From a virus (taxonomy: Duplodnaviria > Caudoviricetes): a stretch of DNA of 37,099 bases. Location: positions 1-37,099 of the IMG/VR virus record IMGVR_UViG_3300048576_000458; one strand, 5' to 3'. Below, piece by piece: positions 8,819 through 17,950 of the stretch (the first letter of the stretch is position 1; every line of letters starts with the position of its first letter). Below the pieces are notes generated by a model. It ran no database searches. It saw nothing but the letters and a program-made list of their open reading frames with translations, and had not been told where the DNA came from. The translations under genes were made by a program, and so were the position numbers.

Positions 8819-11632
8819 CTATTTCTTCCAGCTCGGCCTATAGCCGCCTGTTTTGAGGTATTCCATGCCGAAAGCCCGCTTCAGCGCCTCGGCGGTGTCT
8901 CTGTCGGTGGTGGTGTGATAAGAGTTACCGCCCATGTTGAGGTTGAGGTTGACCGTGTCGGCGGGTCCGACCGAGCCTCCCTCGGCGTATCGAGCCAGGC
9001 TGAACCCTCCGGACGGAAGGCTCAGGCTATTGAGGGCCGCGAACATCTCGTCGCCGTAGTGCCTCACCGCTTCTTTGCGGATGACCCATTCTCCCGGCTC
9101 CAACAGAGAGAAGATGCTGTCTCCTCCGCCGTATCCGCCCAGGCGGCCGCCCGTGGCGTAGGCGGAAACGTCTTGGAAAAGCGTTTCTGCATTGACATCG
9201 TAGCCCTTTCTTTGCATCTGACCCAGACGACCCATTACCGCATCGAGCTGCGTGCTGTCTACCGCAAACTTGACGATAATCGGGTTTGCCTCTACGCTTT
9301 CCCGGATCTCGGTCATCTTCTGTTCGATGATCTGAGCCGCGTCCTGGGCGGCCTTCATGTTCTCCTCGGCCGCGTCGATCTGGGCCTGTATCGTGGACTT
9401 TTCTGACTCCGCCGCCTTGGTCACGAGGTCGATGGCCTGGTTGGTGTCCTTGAGACCGTAAGCGATGTTTCCGGCCTGCTGAGCCAATTGCCGGGCGAGA
9501 TCGGGTTTTCCGGCCTTCCTCGCTTCCTCGGCCGCCGCGAGTTTCTCCTGGGCCTGCAAGGCGAGATCCGCCTCCCGCGCCTCCTCGGTCATGTCCCTCT
9601 GTTTCAGGGCGCGAATTTTGTCGGCCAGGGACATATCTATGTCAGCGATTTCCTGCTTGAGTTGCTTTATTTCCTCGGCGTATTTCTTTTCGAGGGCGAG
9701 CGCCTCATCGAGGGAGCTTTTCAGGGCGTCGAGGGATTCCTGATAGTTGTCTATTTTTGCTTTGGCAAGATCATCCTCGACCTTTTTGATCTCCTTGGCT
9801 TTATCCTCTTCCGCCTGTGCGGTCTGCTTAATGTACTTGATCTTTTCGTCAGCTTCCTTTTTGGCCCTCGCAAGAGACTCCACGAGATAAGACTGTTTGA
9901 GGAAGAGGCTTTCCTTCATCCGATCGACTTCAGTCATCCGAGGTGCTTCGGCTTCCGCCTGAGCCTTTATTTGTTCATAGGTCCGCTGCAAGCCGTACTT
10001 CTCGGATTGCATCTTGAGCTCTGTAATCCTGCCGGCAACCCACGCCTCGGTATCCTTGGCCCTGTTCTCCATATCGGCATAGAAATTGTCTGCGCGGCGT
10101 TGCCGGACGTCCCACTCATAGTCTATCGCTTCGACTTTGGCCTCGGCGGCCTCCTTGGCCGCCTTCTTTTCCTTTTCCTGCTCCTCTTGAGTCTTCTCTC
10201 TCGGGGGTTTGGCTTTCGCCTCCCCGTATCCCAACGCCTGATTGACTTTCTGCGTCGTGGCAAGGATCTCTTTGAGCTTCCGATCGGCCTCGTCCACCAT
10301 CCTCATATTGCCTTCTGCTTCCATCAAGGTTTTGAGAGCAGACCAGTAATGGTAGGCCTTCACCAAGTCGTCGGATAGTTTGTTGAGATCGTCTGTCGTC
10401 TTGCCCGTCAGGTTATCGGGGAGGGCCAGTTTCTTGAACTTCCCCAGTTCTTCTACCGTCTTCTTGCTGCTTTCCCTCAATTCCTCCTGTTCTGCTTTTG
10501 CCTTTGCGGTCTTTTGCGCCCATTCCTGAAGGCGAGCCAGGCCTTGATAGAGTTCATAGGCTCCGAGAGTAAGGAGACCAATCGCGGCAGCTTTCGCGGC
10601 TATTCCGACGGCCGTCACTTCTGATGCCAGCCTGCGAAAACTCGCTCCCGCCTTTGCGGCCCATTCCGTTATCGTGAGCGTGGTGAGGTTCTTCAGTTGG
10701 GTGTTTACTTCTCTTATTACGTCGGCGAATTTCTTGAAGGTAAGGCCCAGTACCGCAGTTCCGCCTATGCCGGCTATGGTTTTCGGGAACTGCTCGAAAA
10801 GCCTTATCGCTCCGGTCAGTATGGGCAATACTGACCCGCCGAGGGCGACCTTCATGTTGAACAGCTCATTGTTAAAGCGGTTGATTTCGGCCTGGCCTTT
10901 TTGAGCCGCTTCCGATGCCGCCTCGCCGTATGTTTTGTGAAGCTGCTCGGCCAGCTTCGGGAGGACGTCGGCGGACATCAGCTTGCCATCCTGCATCTGC
11001 TTGAGCAGCTCCTGGGTGGTCAAGCCCATAGCTTCGGCGGTGAGTCTCACGGCCCCGGGAAGGCGCTCGCCCAATTGGCCGGACAGCTCCTCTGCGGCGA
11101 TCCTTCCTTTCGACATCATCTGCGAGAGGGCCAAAAAGATGCCGTTCGACTCCTCGGAGGTCAGGCCCAACGCTGTGATCGCCTCCGATACACCGGTGAA
11201 GACCTTTCTCGTGGTCTCCCCTTCGATGGCCGTGTTTCTCGTCGAGGCGGTAAACTTTGCATAGGCGAGCGCGGTATCCGAAAGGGACAGCCCGAGGCGA
11301 TCGGCTTCCGCCCCGACGAATCTCAATTCCGCTCCGGCCGCCGCCGCCGATCCCGTGGCAGCCTTCATGGAAGACTCTATGCGCTGCATTTGAAGGGCCG
11401 CCTCAATGGACTTCTTCAAGACGAGGATGGGAGTACCAAGCGCAACCGTAAATGAAACCCATTCACTCTTGACTTTGGATACGACGCCCTCTGTGACAGT
11501 GCTGAATGCTTTGACTGCTGCCTGGCCCTTGGAGAACCCTTCCTTGAGGGCGTTCCCGACCGTCTTGGCCGCTGTCTTGACACCTTCCGCCGTGGCGGTG
11601 ATTATGAGCTGTATGATGTTATTTGCAGCCAT
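8819..11632 (-). CDS. Tail tape measure protein
   Basis: 937 aa, Ala/Lys/Glu-rich and helical, with ALSQMMSKGRIAAEELSGQLGERLPGA and the C-terminal YATGG...GGGDS...LLEPGEWVIRKEAV motif. Confidence 0.95.
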   Translation of the reverse strand: MAANNIIQLIITATAEGVKTAAKTVGNALKEGFSKGQAAVKAFSTVTEGVVSKVKSEWVSFTVALGTPILVLKKSIEAALQMQRIESSMKAATGSAAAAGAELRFVGAEADRLGLSLSDTALAYAKFTASTRNTAIEGETTRKVFTGVSEAITALGLTSEESNGIFLALSQMMSKGRIAAEELSGQLGERLPGAVRLTAEAMGLTTQELLKQMQDGKLMSADVLPKLAEQLHKTYGEAASEAAQKGQAEINRFNNELFNMKVALGGSVLPILTGAIRLFEQFPKTIAGIGGTAVLGLTFKKFADVIREVNTQLKNLTTLTITEWAAKAGASFRRLASEVTAVGIAAKAAAIGLLTLGAYELYQGLARLQEWAQKTAKAKAEQEELRESSKKTVEELGKFKKLALPDNLTGKTTDDLNKLSDDLVKAYHYWSALKTLMEAEGNMRMVDEADRKLKEILATTQKVNQALGYGEAKAKPPREKTQEEQEKEKKAAKEAAEAKVEAIDYEWDVRQRRADNFYADMENRAKDTEAWVAGRITELKMQSEKYGLQRTYEQIKAQAEAEAPRMTEVDRMKESLFLKQSYLVESLARAKKEADEKIKYIKQTAQAEEDKAKEIKKVEDDLAKAKIDNYQESLDALKSSLDEALALEKKYAEEIKQLKQEIADIDMSLADKIRALKQRDMTEEAREADLALQAQEKLAAAEEARKAGKPDLARQLAQQAGNIAYGLKDTNQAIDLVTKAAESEKSTIQAQIDAAEENMKAAQDAAQIIEQKMTEIRESVEANPIIVKFAVDSTQLDAVMGRLGQMQRKGYDVNAETLFQDVSAYATGGRLGGYGGGDSIFSLLEPGEWVIRKEAVRHYGDEMFAALNSLSLPSGGFSLARYAEGGSVGPADTVNLNLNMGGNSYHTTTDRDTAEALKRAFGMEYLKTGGYRPSWKK

Positions 11633-11633
11633 T

Positions 11634-12149
11634 CTATTGTCCCGACAGGAATTTCTTCCACGCCTTCATCTCGGCGTTGCCCATTCTTGCCGCGATGGCC
11701 ATGTTCCTGAGCCGGTCTTTTTCGAGGCCCTCGGACACCGTGAGGGCCGTCATGAAGAAAGCCCAGCCGTAGTTCCACGCTTGTGCATGCCCCCGTTCGA
11801 TCAGCCGGCATATGGACCGGTCCAGCGTCTCGGACGTGAGCTTCTCGCTCTCACCATGACCTGCGGTGCCATTCGTGGAGGAGGTGCGGCTCCGATCCGA
11901 GCCTGCTGCCGGGCGAGGCTTGTCGAAGAACGCGGCATTAACTTCCCGGACGGCCCTCCACAGTCTGTCGAGATCTCCCCGGGGCAGGCCGTAGAGCCTT
12001 TTGGCGTCCAGTCCCGTCGAGAGCGAGAGCATCCAGCCCCGGTTCTTCTCGCTGTCCTTCTCGCCGAGAAGAGCGCGGATATCCTTTACTCGCAGCTCTT
12101 TGACCGTGAACCTCGCCCGGTCGATGACGATGGTCTTCTGCTTTCTCAC
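11634..12149 (-). CDS. Tail assembly chaperone, apparently a G/T-type in-frame fusion
   Basis: Lies between tail tube and tape measure. VKELRVKDIR...REVNAAFF is followed by a polar linker and LIERGHAQAWNYGWAFF. Confidence 0.7.
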   Translation of the reverse strand: MRKQKTIVIDRARFTVKELRVKDIRALLGEKDSEKNRGWMLSLSTGLDAKRLYGLPRGDLDRLWRAVREVNAAFFDKPRPAAGSDRSRTSSTNGTAGHGESEKLTSETLDRSICRLIERGHAQAWNYGWAFFMTALTVSEGLEKDRLRNMAIAARMGNAEMKAWKKFLSGQ

Positions 12150-12164
12150 GGGTGGCCCTCGCGA

Positions 12165-12932
12165 TCAGTAGAAGAGGACATCCCAATCGCCCTGGGGGGT
12201 GTTCAGGATGGTTCCGGTGAATTCCAGACTGGCGAAATCATCCGTGAGCCAGTTGATATCACCCGAGGGCACCAGCTCAACCTTGTGGACGATCACTTCA
12301 CAGTCACGGCCGTAGGCCAGGTCCTTGCCGATCATGCGGATGAACGCATATATCGTGTTCTGGGTGAGAGCCTGCACCTTGAACCCGTTCGTGATGCCGA
12401 GCCATGTGGAGCCCACTTCGATGCTCGTGGCGTCAGTGATGGCGCCGCCCGACAATGCCCTGATCCGGCCCACCTGATAATCGATCTCGTAATCGGTCCC
12501 CTCCACGTAGGTCGGCGGCGTGGTGCCCGCACCCGTGACCACCGGTTTGTGCGCGGGGTCCAGTCTCCGGTTCGCCAGCTTTACCCATTTGCCGAGGACC
12601 GCGACGACGGTTTCGGGAGTGGAGGTGTTGTTGCCCGCCGTCTGCGAATACGCGGCATCCGTGCCCATCATCGCGAGCACGAGGTTCTTGCGGTTGATGT
12701 CGGTGAGGGTGATCTTCAGTTCCTGTTCCTTGGAGATCGGCACCGAGGCGATCTTCTTGCCGTAGTTCTCCCGGCGAAATCCGGTCAGCTCCTTCTTCTC
12801 GATCTTCGGGGCGTTGATCGCGAACGCCTTGGCGTTGCCCACGTCCAGCTCTCCCGTCAAGGCGCCGCTCGCATTGTAAACGTCGATGTTGAGATCGCCC
12901 GATCCGATGAATCCTTCGTTCTCGTACGCCAT
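12165..12932 (-). CDS. Tail tube (major tail) protein
   Basis: Start moved to ATG 12932 after GGAGGA. GFIGSGDL...VGNAKAF...LVPSGDINWLTDDFASLEFTG resembles tube proteins of transposable siphoviruses; synteny agrees. Confidence 0.85.
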   Translation of the reverse strand: MAYENEGFIGSGDLNIDVYNASGALTGELDVGNAKAFAINAPKIEKKELTGFRRENYGKKIASVPISKEQELKITLTDINRKNLVLAMMGTDAAYSQTAGNNTSTPETVVAVLGKWVKLANRRLDPAHKPVVTGAGTTPPTYVEGTDYEIDYQVGRIRALSGGAITDATSIEVGSTWLGITNGFKVQALTQNTIYAFIRMIGKDLAYGRDCEVIVHKVELVPSGDINWLTDDFASLEFTGTILNTPQGDWDVLFY

Positions 12933-12946
12933 TGTCTTCCTCCGTT

Positions 12947-13390
12947 TTACTCCTGTTTTTTGAGGGTGTACCACGCCTGATACACGCAGAACTTGTTCTT
13001 TGGGTCGTAATAGACTTCTTCTTCTCCCTGCCGCAACGGTGGGGTCCAGCCGGGCAGTATCCGCACCCGGTGCAGTCTCTTCTTGGCCAGTTCCAACAAG
13101 CTGTAGACGCCCGGGCTGTGAGCATCGCCCTTGGTCGCCGCCGCCCCGCCTCTCAGATTTCTGTCACCCACGAAGACCACCAGGTCGACATCGATCCGAT
13201 CGGCGGTATTCTCGGTCTTGGATTTCAGGTTCGCCGCCTTGACGTAAACGAAGGGGAAGAGCAGACTGACCTTCTCAAGCGTCTCGTCGTCCATTTGCCC
13301 CGCCAATACGTCCAGATTTCTCAGACCGCTCTCTCGAAGTGGAGCGAGGGCGGTCAGGGCGGCATTCTCGATCGACTCGAATTCATGCAT
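12947..13390 (-). CDS. Mu gp37/DUF1834-like tail-completion protein
   Basis: VFVGDRNLRG...PGVYSLLE motif; position between the gp36-like gene and the tail tube. Confidence 0.75.
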   Translation of the reverse strand: MHEFESIENAALTALAPLRESGLRNLDVLAGQMDDETLEKVSLLFPFVYVKAANLKSKTENTADRIDVDLVVFVGDRNLRGGAAATKGDAHSPGVYSLLELAKKRLHRVRILPGWTPPLRQGEEEVYYDPKNKFCVYQAWYTLKKQE

Positions 13391-13393
13391 GTT

Positions 13394-13858
13394 TCAAAAC
13401 CCCTTCATACTGTCCCGGGTAAACACGCGATCGCCCTCCGTCTTGTTCGTCGCCGCGCCGGCCGCGTCGGCCGATGGCGCGGGGGCCGGGTCGACGCCCA
13501 GGGTGAGCAGTCCTTTCGCGATGTCCCGGAGTCTCGCCGATGCCTTGTCGTAGCCCTTTTCAACTTCTTCGGGCATGCTGCTTCGGCGCTTGTGGAGGTA
13601 GTAGATCGTGAGCTGGACAGAGAGGGCCTTCACGAGCGGCGGCACGGGGTACAAGGGCACGCCGTACTTCGCCGCGCAGTAGCCGTCTATCTCGGCGTCG
13701 GATGTGGCGATCGCCTCGGAGATCCGCGAGACGATGGCGGCCTGGGCCGGAGCGGACGGGTCGATCGAGGCCGGGTCGAGGTTATCGTCGTCCGTGAGCC
13801 GGAGGATCGTCTCCTCCGCGATGAGCTTCTTCAGGTCGTCTATCGTGCAGTAGGGCAT
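13394..13858 (-). CDS. Mu gp36/DUF1320-like head-tail adaptor
   Basis: MPYCTIDDL...LTDD...AEIDGY...YGVPL...LRDIAKGLLTLG...RVFTRDSMKGF. Confidence 0.9.
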   Translation of the reverse strand: MPYCTIDDLKKLIAEETILRLTDDDNLDPASIDPSAPAQAAIVSRISEAIATSDAEIDGYCAAKYGVPLYPVPPLVKALSVQLTIYYLHKRRSSMPEEVEKGYDKASARLRDIAKGLLTLGVDPAPAPSADAAGAATNKTEGDRVFTRDSMKGF

Positions 13859-13867
13859 GAGGGCCTC

Positions 13868-15955
13868 CTATTGAGCCATGAGCAGCACGGCTGCCCCTGC
13901 CTTGCCTGACACATCGAAGGTGTGGGACGAGTATCCTCCGGCATAGTTGAACGTGATCTTCCCTGACTGATCGGCTGTGTACGTTCCCAGCTTCGTCCCG
14001 TCGATGGACACCGTGTATGTCTTGCCGGGGCTCAGGTTGCCCACTGTGTGGCCCGCCGACGATGCGCCCGATCCATTCTCCGCCCAAGTCTTGCGGCGAC
14101 TGTTCCATGTGGTGATGGATACGGCGACGGAGCCGGCATCCGGGGTGATGTCGAGAGGCACCGATTCAAAGGACTGGACGGAGCCGGCGGCGATCGACCC
14201 ACTGGCGAGGGTGGCCGTTCCGTCGGAGCTTATTGTGGTAGTGCCATGCTGAAAGGGCCTATGGTAACTGTCCAGGACGACGTCGGTCGAATCCGCCGAG
14301 GCTCTCGGATTCTCAACCACGATACGAGCACCGCTTGTATCTGAAACCGGAGTGGTGGCGGAAAGGACATTCATTTTGTCGTTGGAAATCGACTTTACTA
14401 TCGGTGTGGTGGTATATCTGCGGGAGACGGTCACGGTACTCGGATTGTCATGAGTACTTTTCCAAGCGACCACATCACCCGTCAGCACAACTGTCGTCCC
14501 ATACCAAAGGTTTGGATAATCCATTCCCCAGTTTAGGTCCGTGAATGATCGAGTAATTTGGCTATAGATAAAGTCGTACTCGTCCTCGCTTTCTCCCGGA
14601 ATAGCAGTGGAATTCGACATATCTACTACGTAGCTGGCGTATTCTCGCACTCCGAGCTGTGTACTCCATCCTGCATACCACACGTTGATGCTGATACTCG
14701 ATAGGTAGGCAAGAGGGTAGTCCGGCTGCACGTCTATGGAACTTTGAGTCCAATTACCGCACATCCCATACTCATCTCCTTCTGGGATAGAGAGGAGCAG
14801 CGGGTGGGAATCGTGGCCATTTCCATACGCTTGCCCGTGGTCAAATGGGGGGCCATCTTGTGCGTCAACGCCCGAACCCCCTCTGAAGTAGTACGTAGTT
14901 TCCTTACTTGACGCACTGCCGACCAGAAAAATGAGCCTTCTCTTGGCAGTATTCCCATGTGAATCTGTGACCGTTAAGATCAGCGAATAGGTTCCCGATC
15001 TTGAGGGTGTGAAAGAAACAGTCACTTTGTTGCCGTCTTTGGTCTTGGTCACATTTTCCACCGGACTTGTGACCGCTGTATAGGTGCAACTGGGACAAGC
15101 GGTGCCCAGCATATCGAACATGGAGAAGACTACACTTACAGCACTCCCCACAGTAGCGGCCCTTGTGACATCGGTGTACGTGAGCATGCTGCTTGTTGCA
15201 TTACCATCTAAGGTGTTGGAGGAGACAGTGGTAGAGCTTGAAATCGACCCTACTGCCGCCATGCTTCCGTAGATGTAGTTTCCGGTGACTGCGTTGGAAG
15301 TGCCATCTATGAACACTCCATACTCCATGTTTGAATCGAGAGTATTCCCAGAAACGGTATTGGAATTAGAGGAAACGATCCTGATGGCGTCTAGGTTGTG
15401 GAGCAGGGTATTGCCACTGATGACATTTGACGTAGAAGACGAATAGAGTTTGATCGCTATACCGTTGTCGTCTAACAGATTATCAGTCAGAGTGTTTGAT
15501 TCAGAAGCCTCCAGCACGATGCCACCGAGGTTGGCTGACTCATCTCCAAACCTACAGTAGGAAATGGTGCTGTTGGTTATTGTTCCGTTGTTGGAACCGC
15601 CCTTAAGAAACACCCCGATAGCAAACTGCGCGATATGGAGATGAGTGATGGTGACATGGTCATAGCCGTTATTGTAGATGCCGCGAGTTGTAGTACCACC
15701 GGCTATCCCAGGGCCAGTGATGGTTTTGCCGTTGCCGTCTATCGTTATACTGTGAGAACCAACGATCAATCCCTGATCTGAACACGACATATTTTCCGGC
15801 AGTGTATACGTATACCCGGAAGCACCCACGATGGTGTCCCCGCAGGCACAGTTCGTATCGGTTATCCCATCGGAGTTGGTGTCGCCACAATTGGCGGCCC
15901 ACGCGCTGCCCGCCATCGTCAGGAAGAGAAGAAGGGAGAGTACTATGTGCTTCAT
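13868..15955 (-). CDS. Signal-peptide-bearing right-handed parallel beta-helix (pectin-lyase-like/NosD-type) protein with Ig-like C-terminal domains
   Basis: Start at ATG 15955 after AAGGTG. MKHIVLSLLLFLTMAGSAWA signal peptide; ITIDGNGKTI followed by repeated SSxNxISGNTL..N..GI coils. Confidence 0.82.
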   Translation of the reverse strand: MKHIVLSLLLFLTMAGSAWAANCGDTNSDGITDTNCACGDTIVGASGYTYTLPENMSCSDQGLIVGSHSITIDGNGKTITGPGIAGGTTTRGIYNNGYDHVTITHLHIAQFAIGVFLKGGSNNGTITNSTISYCRFGDESANLGGIVLEASESNTLTDNLLDDNGIAIKLYSSSTSNVISGNTLLHNLDAIRIVSSNSNTVSGNTLDSNMEYGVFIDGTSNAVTGNYIYGSMAAVGSISSSTTVSSNTLDGNATSSMLTYTDVTRAATVGSAVSVVFSMFDMLGTACPSCTYTAVTSPVENVTKTKDGNKVTVSFTPSRSGTYSLILTVTDSHGNTAKRRLIFLVGSASSKETTYYFRGGSGVDAQDGPPFDHGQAYGNGHDSHPLLLSIPEGDEYGMCGNWTQSSIDVQPDYPLAYLSSISINVWYAGWSTQLGVREYASYVVDMSNSTAIPGESEDEYDFIYSQITRSFTDLNWGMDYPNLWYGTTVVLTGDVVAWKSTHDNPSTVTVSRRYTTTPIVKSISNDKMNVLSATTPVSDTSGARIVVENPRASADSTDVVLDSYHRPFQHGTTTISSDGTATLASGSIAAGSVQSFESVPLDITPDAGSVAVSITTWNSRRKTWAENGSGASSAGHTVGNLSPGKTYTVSIDGTKLGTYTADQSGKITFNYAGGYSSHTFDVSGKAGAAVLLMAQ

Positions 15956-15966
15956 TTGGTTCACCT

Positions 15967-16470
15967 TTACCACGTCACGTCCGATACCACGCCACACTTG
16001 TAGGGATAGGATGTCGACCCGGATAAGTACTGGCACACTACCGCATCGCAGTGACCGGTCGTGGTCGTGAGCGTCGGGGCCGTTCCCCCATCGAACCACT
16101 TGATGGTTGACGGCCAATTGGTCACTGTGAAGGAGCCCGCACCGCCCTGACAGACGTAGAGCGTGTACCTGCCCCCGTTTGCTCCTCCCGTGAACGCCAC
16201 CGTGGTAATGTTCCCCGTCATCGTGAGAACCTGTACCGGCGCGGAAGACCAGTTCACCGTGGTGGTCGTTGAGTTGTAGGTCGCATCGGCGGCGCCCTGG
16301 CGGCCCGGCTCCGTGACTTCCCAGCCGTGGGCCGGGAAGCCGAACGAGAAAGCGGCCAACAGCAGGGCGATGACGATCGCGGGTCCCGCGATTGCTATGG
16401 TGTTTCGTCCGGCGATGCCGGGAACCTTGACTTTCGACTCGGTACTTTCGACCTTTCTCCGTCTTTCCAC
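15967..16470 (-). CDS. Signal-peptide/anchor-bearing protein with a phage fibre-type beta-sandwich
   Basis: Probable GTG start at 16470 overlapping the upstream TAG. Basic N-region, hydrophobic core and AHG cleavage-like site, then TVNWSS...LTMTGN...QGGAGSFTVTNWPSTIKWFDGGTAPTLT. Confidence 0.7.
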   Translation of the reverse strand: MERRRKVESTESKVKVPGIAGRNTIAIAGPAIVIALLLAAFSFGFPAHGWEVTEPGRQGAADATYNSTTTTVNWSSAPVQVLTMTGNITTVAFTGGANGGRYTLYVCQGGAGSFTVTNWPSTIKWFDGGTAPTLTTTTGHCDAVVCQYLSGSTSYPYKCGVVSDVTW

Positions 16471-16868
16471 TATTCCACCCCCGCGCACACCATCGAGACG
16501 GACGGACTCGTGCCGCCCGTAAGCGTCGTCACCTTGCCCGATATGTTGTAGGCGGGCATGCTCGTGACCCCGAAGATCGCGAAGCCCGCCGCAAGGTGGC
16601 TCGCGTCGAAGGAGTACTCCGCCATGACGTCCGTAGTCGTCCCGGACAGATTCCCCCGGAGCTGCACCGTGACCGCTGCCGGAGATCCCGTCACCGACAC
16701 CTGGCAGGTGAACTCCCGGTATTTGTGAGGCATCGCGAAAAGCGCCCCTTCCGTCGCGTCCGTCTTCGCGGAAAGAAGCATGTAAGGCTGCTCGGCCGAC
16801 GCCTGCCCGGCGAGACAGACCAAAATGAGCAACGCGGCCACTACGAGTGAGAATCGTGGTTTCATCAT
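16470..16868 (-). CDS. Signal-peptide-bearing small beta-sandwich protein
   Basis: MMKPRFSLVVAALLILVCLAGQASA (AxA cleavage site) after GGAGGG; beta-rich mature part. The start could be 16865. Confidence 0.75.
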   Translation of the reverse strand: MMKPRFSLVVAALLILVCLAGQASAEQPYMLLSAKTDATEGALFAMPHKYREFTCQVSVTGSPAAVTVQLRGNLSGTTTDVMAEYSFDASHLAAGFAIFGVTSMPAYNISGKVTTLTGGTSPSVSMVCAGVE

Positions 16869-16884
16869 CCCTCCGGATCTCGAA

Positions 16885-16912
16885 GAGGGGGAGGGGATGG
16901 CCTCTCCCCCTC
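16885..16912 (-). terminator. GC-rich hairpin after the major capsid gene (terminator, attenuator or stabiliser)
   Basis: gagggggag (16885-16893) pairs with ctccccctc (16904-16912); only a short U-tract follows. Confidence 0.55.
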
Positions 16913-16944
16913 GGTATCTACTCAAGGTCTTTCCCTTCTGCCGT

Positions 16945-17922
16945 CTAGTCCTTCAAGGTGTCCTTCCACAGGTAGCCGAGATCCGGACCCACCTGGAGGA
17001 TCATCGTCTCCTCGGCCACCTCGTAGACATCCTGGTGCTCGGCTGTTTCCCTCCAGGTCGTGGTACGCCGGGCAAGCCCGTCGTCGTATGCGCGCCTTGC
17101 CTGGGCTCCCGCCGAGGGTTTCTTGAGGCCCATGGCTGCCGGGGCGAAGAAAAGAAATCCCATGCCCTTGCCCGCGTTCACTTCCCATACATTGGAGGCC
17201 GCCCAGTTGGCGTTCCCTTTCGCCTCCTTGGCCGTGTTCACAATGGCCTCGCCGATGATGACTTCGTCGAGTTCCAGGATGACCGCGAGCAGCTCCTTGG
17301 TGAGGACGCCGCGCTCCGTATACTTGATCTTGTCGAGGATCGTCGATTCCTCTTTGAGGCTCCCGTAGGTGCCCGCGTCGATCGTGAGCCTGTTCGGCCT
17401 TATCCCCGTGTTGCTGCGGACGGTCTCTATACCTCCCTTGATGTCTGCAAGGAAAGTGTTGCCGGCGCCTGCGGCCCAGTGGCCATGGGCGTCGGTTCCG
17501 CCTGCCGCGATGCCGGACCACGCGCTCGTCTTGATCATGTTAGCGACGCGTATCTCTTTTTTCAGGTCGACCTTGTCGGTGGCGAACTCGATCGCGTCCT
17601 GGTCGGGCTGGAGCGGCGGGCCGCCGATCATCTTGGCGGCATCCCTATCCTCGTCGGTCACGGGTGAGGCAAACGCATATTCCGTGGTCGCGATGTCGAG
17701 ATAATCGGTAGGGATGCCTCCCCTGTTCGCCCTCGACCCCGGGCCACGGATGCCCGCCTCGTCCCTGAACCACGCCCCTTTGAGGTAGCGGGCGATCTTC
17801 GCCTTGTAGCCGACCTTGTCGATGATCGGAAAAACCCGGTCGGCAATGTAATTCGTGTTGCGGTACTGGACCGACACATTTGCGAGCGGTCCGGCTACTA
17901 CCTGTTCTCTTACCGGTGGCAT
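16945..17922 (-). CDS. Major capsid protein
   Basis: 325 aa after the protease and decoration genes; PLANVSVQYRN..YIADRVFP and TGIRPNRL motifs; strong SD AAGGAGG. Confidence 0.88.
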   Translation of the reverse strand: MPPVREQVVAGPLANVSVQYRNTNYIADRVFPIIDKVGYKAKIARYLKGAWFRDEAGIRGPGSRANRGGIPTDYLDIATTEYAFASPVTDEDRDAAKMIGGPPLQPDQDAIEFATDKVDLKKEIRVANMIKTSAWSGIAAGGTDAHGHWAAGAGNTFLADIKGGIETVRSNTGIRPNRLTIDAGTYGSLKEESTILDKIKYTERGVLTKELLAVILELDEVIIGEAIVNTAKEAKGNANWAASNVWEVNAGKGMGFLFFAPAAMGLKKPSAGAQARRAYDDGLARRTTTWRETAEHQDVYEVAEETMILQVGPDLGYLWKDTLKD

Positions 17923-17950
17923 GTATCATCCCTCCTTAGTCTTGTCCGGC

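Noticed and set aside
11406-12980. Long plus-strand ORFs (524 aa here; also 18717..20204, 32046..33308, 20892..21938, 22459..23481, 12932..13909)
   Set aside because: They are antisense shadows of well-supported GC-rich phage genes, with no recognisable motifs.
15956-16117. Track-given upstream starts for several genes (16117, 909, 12974, 18805, 26121, 29110)
   Set aside because: The extensions overlap neighbouring genes, and downstream starts have clear SD sequences or stop/start coupling.
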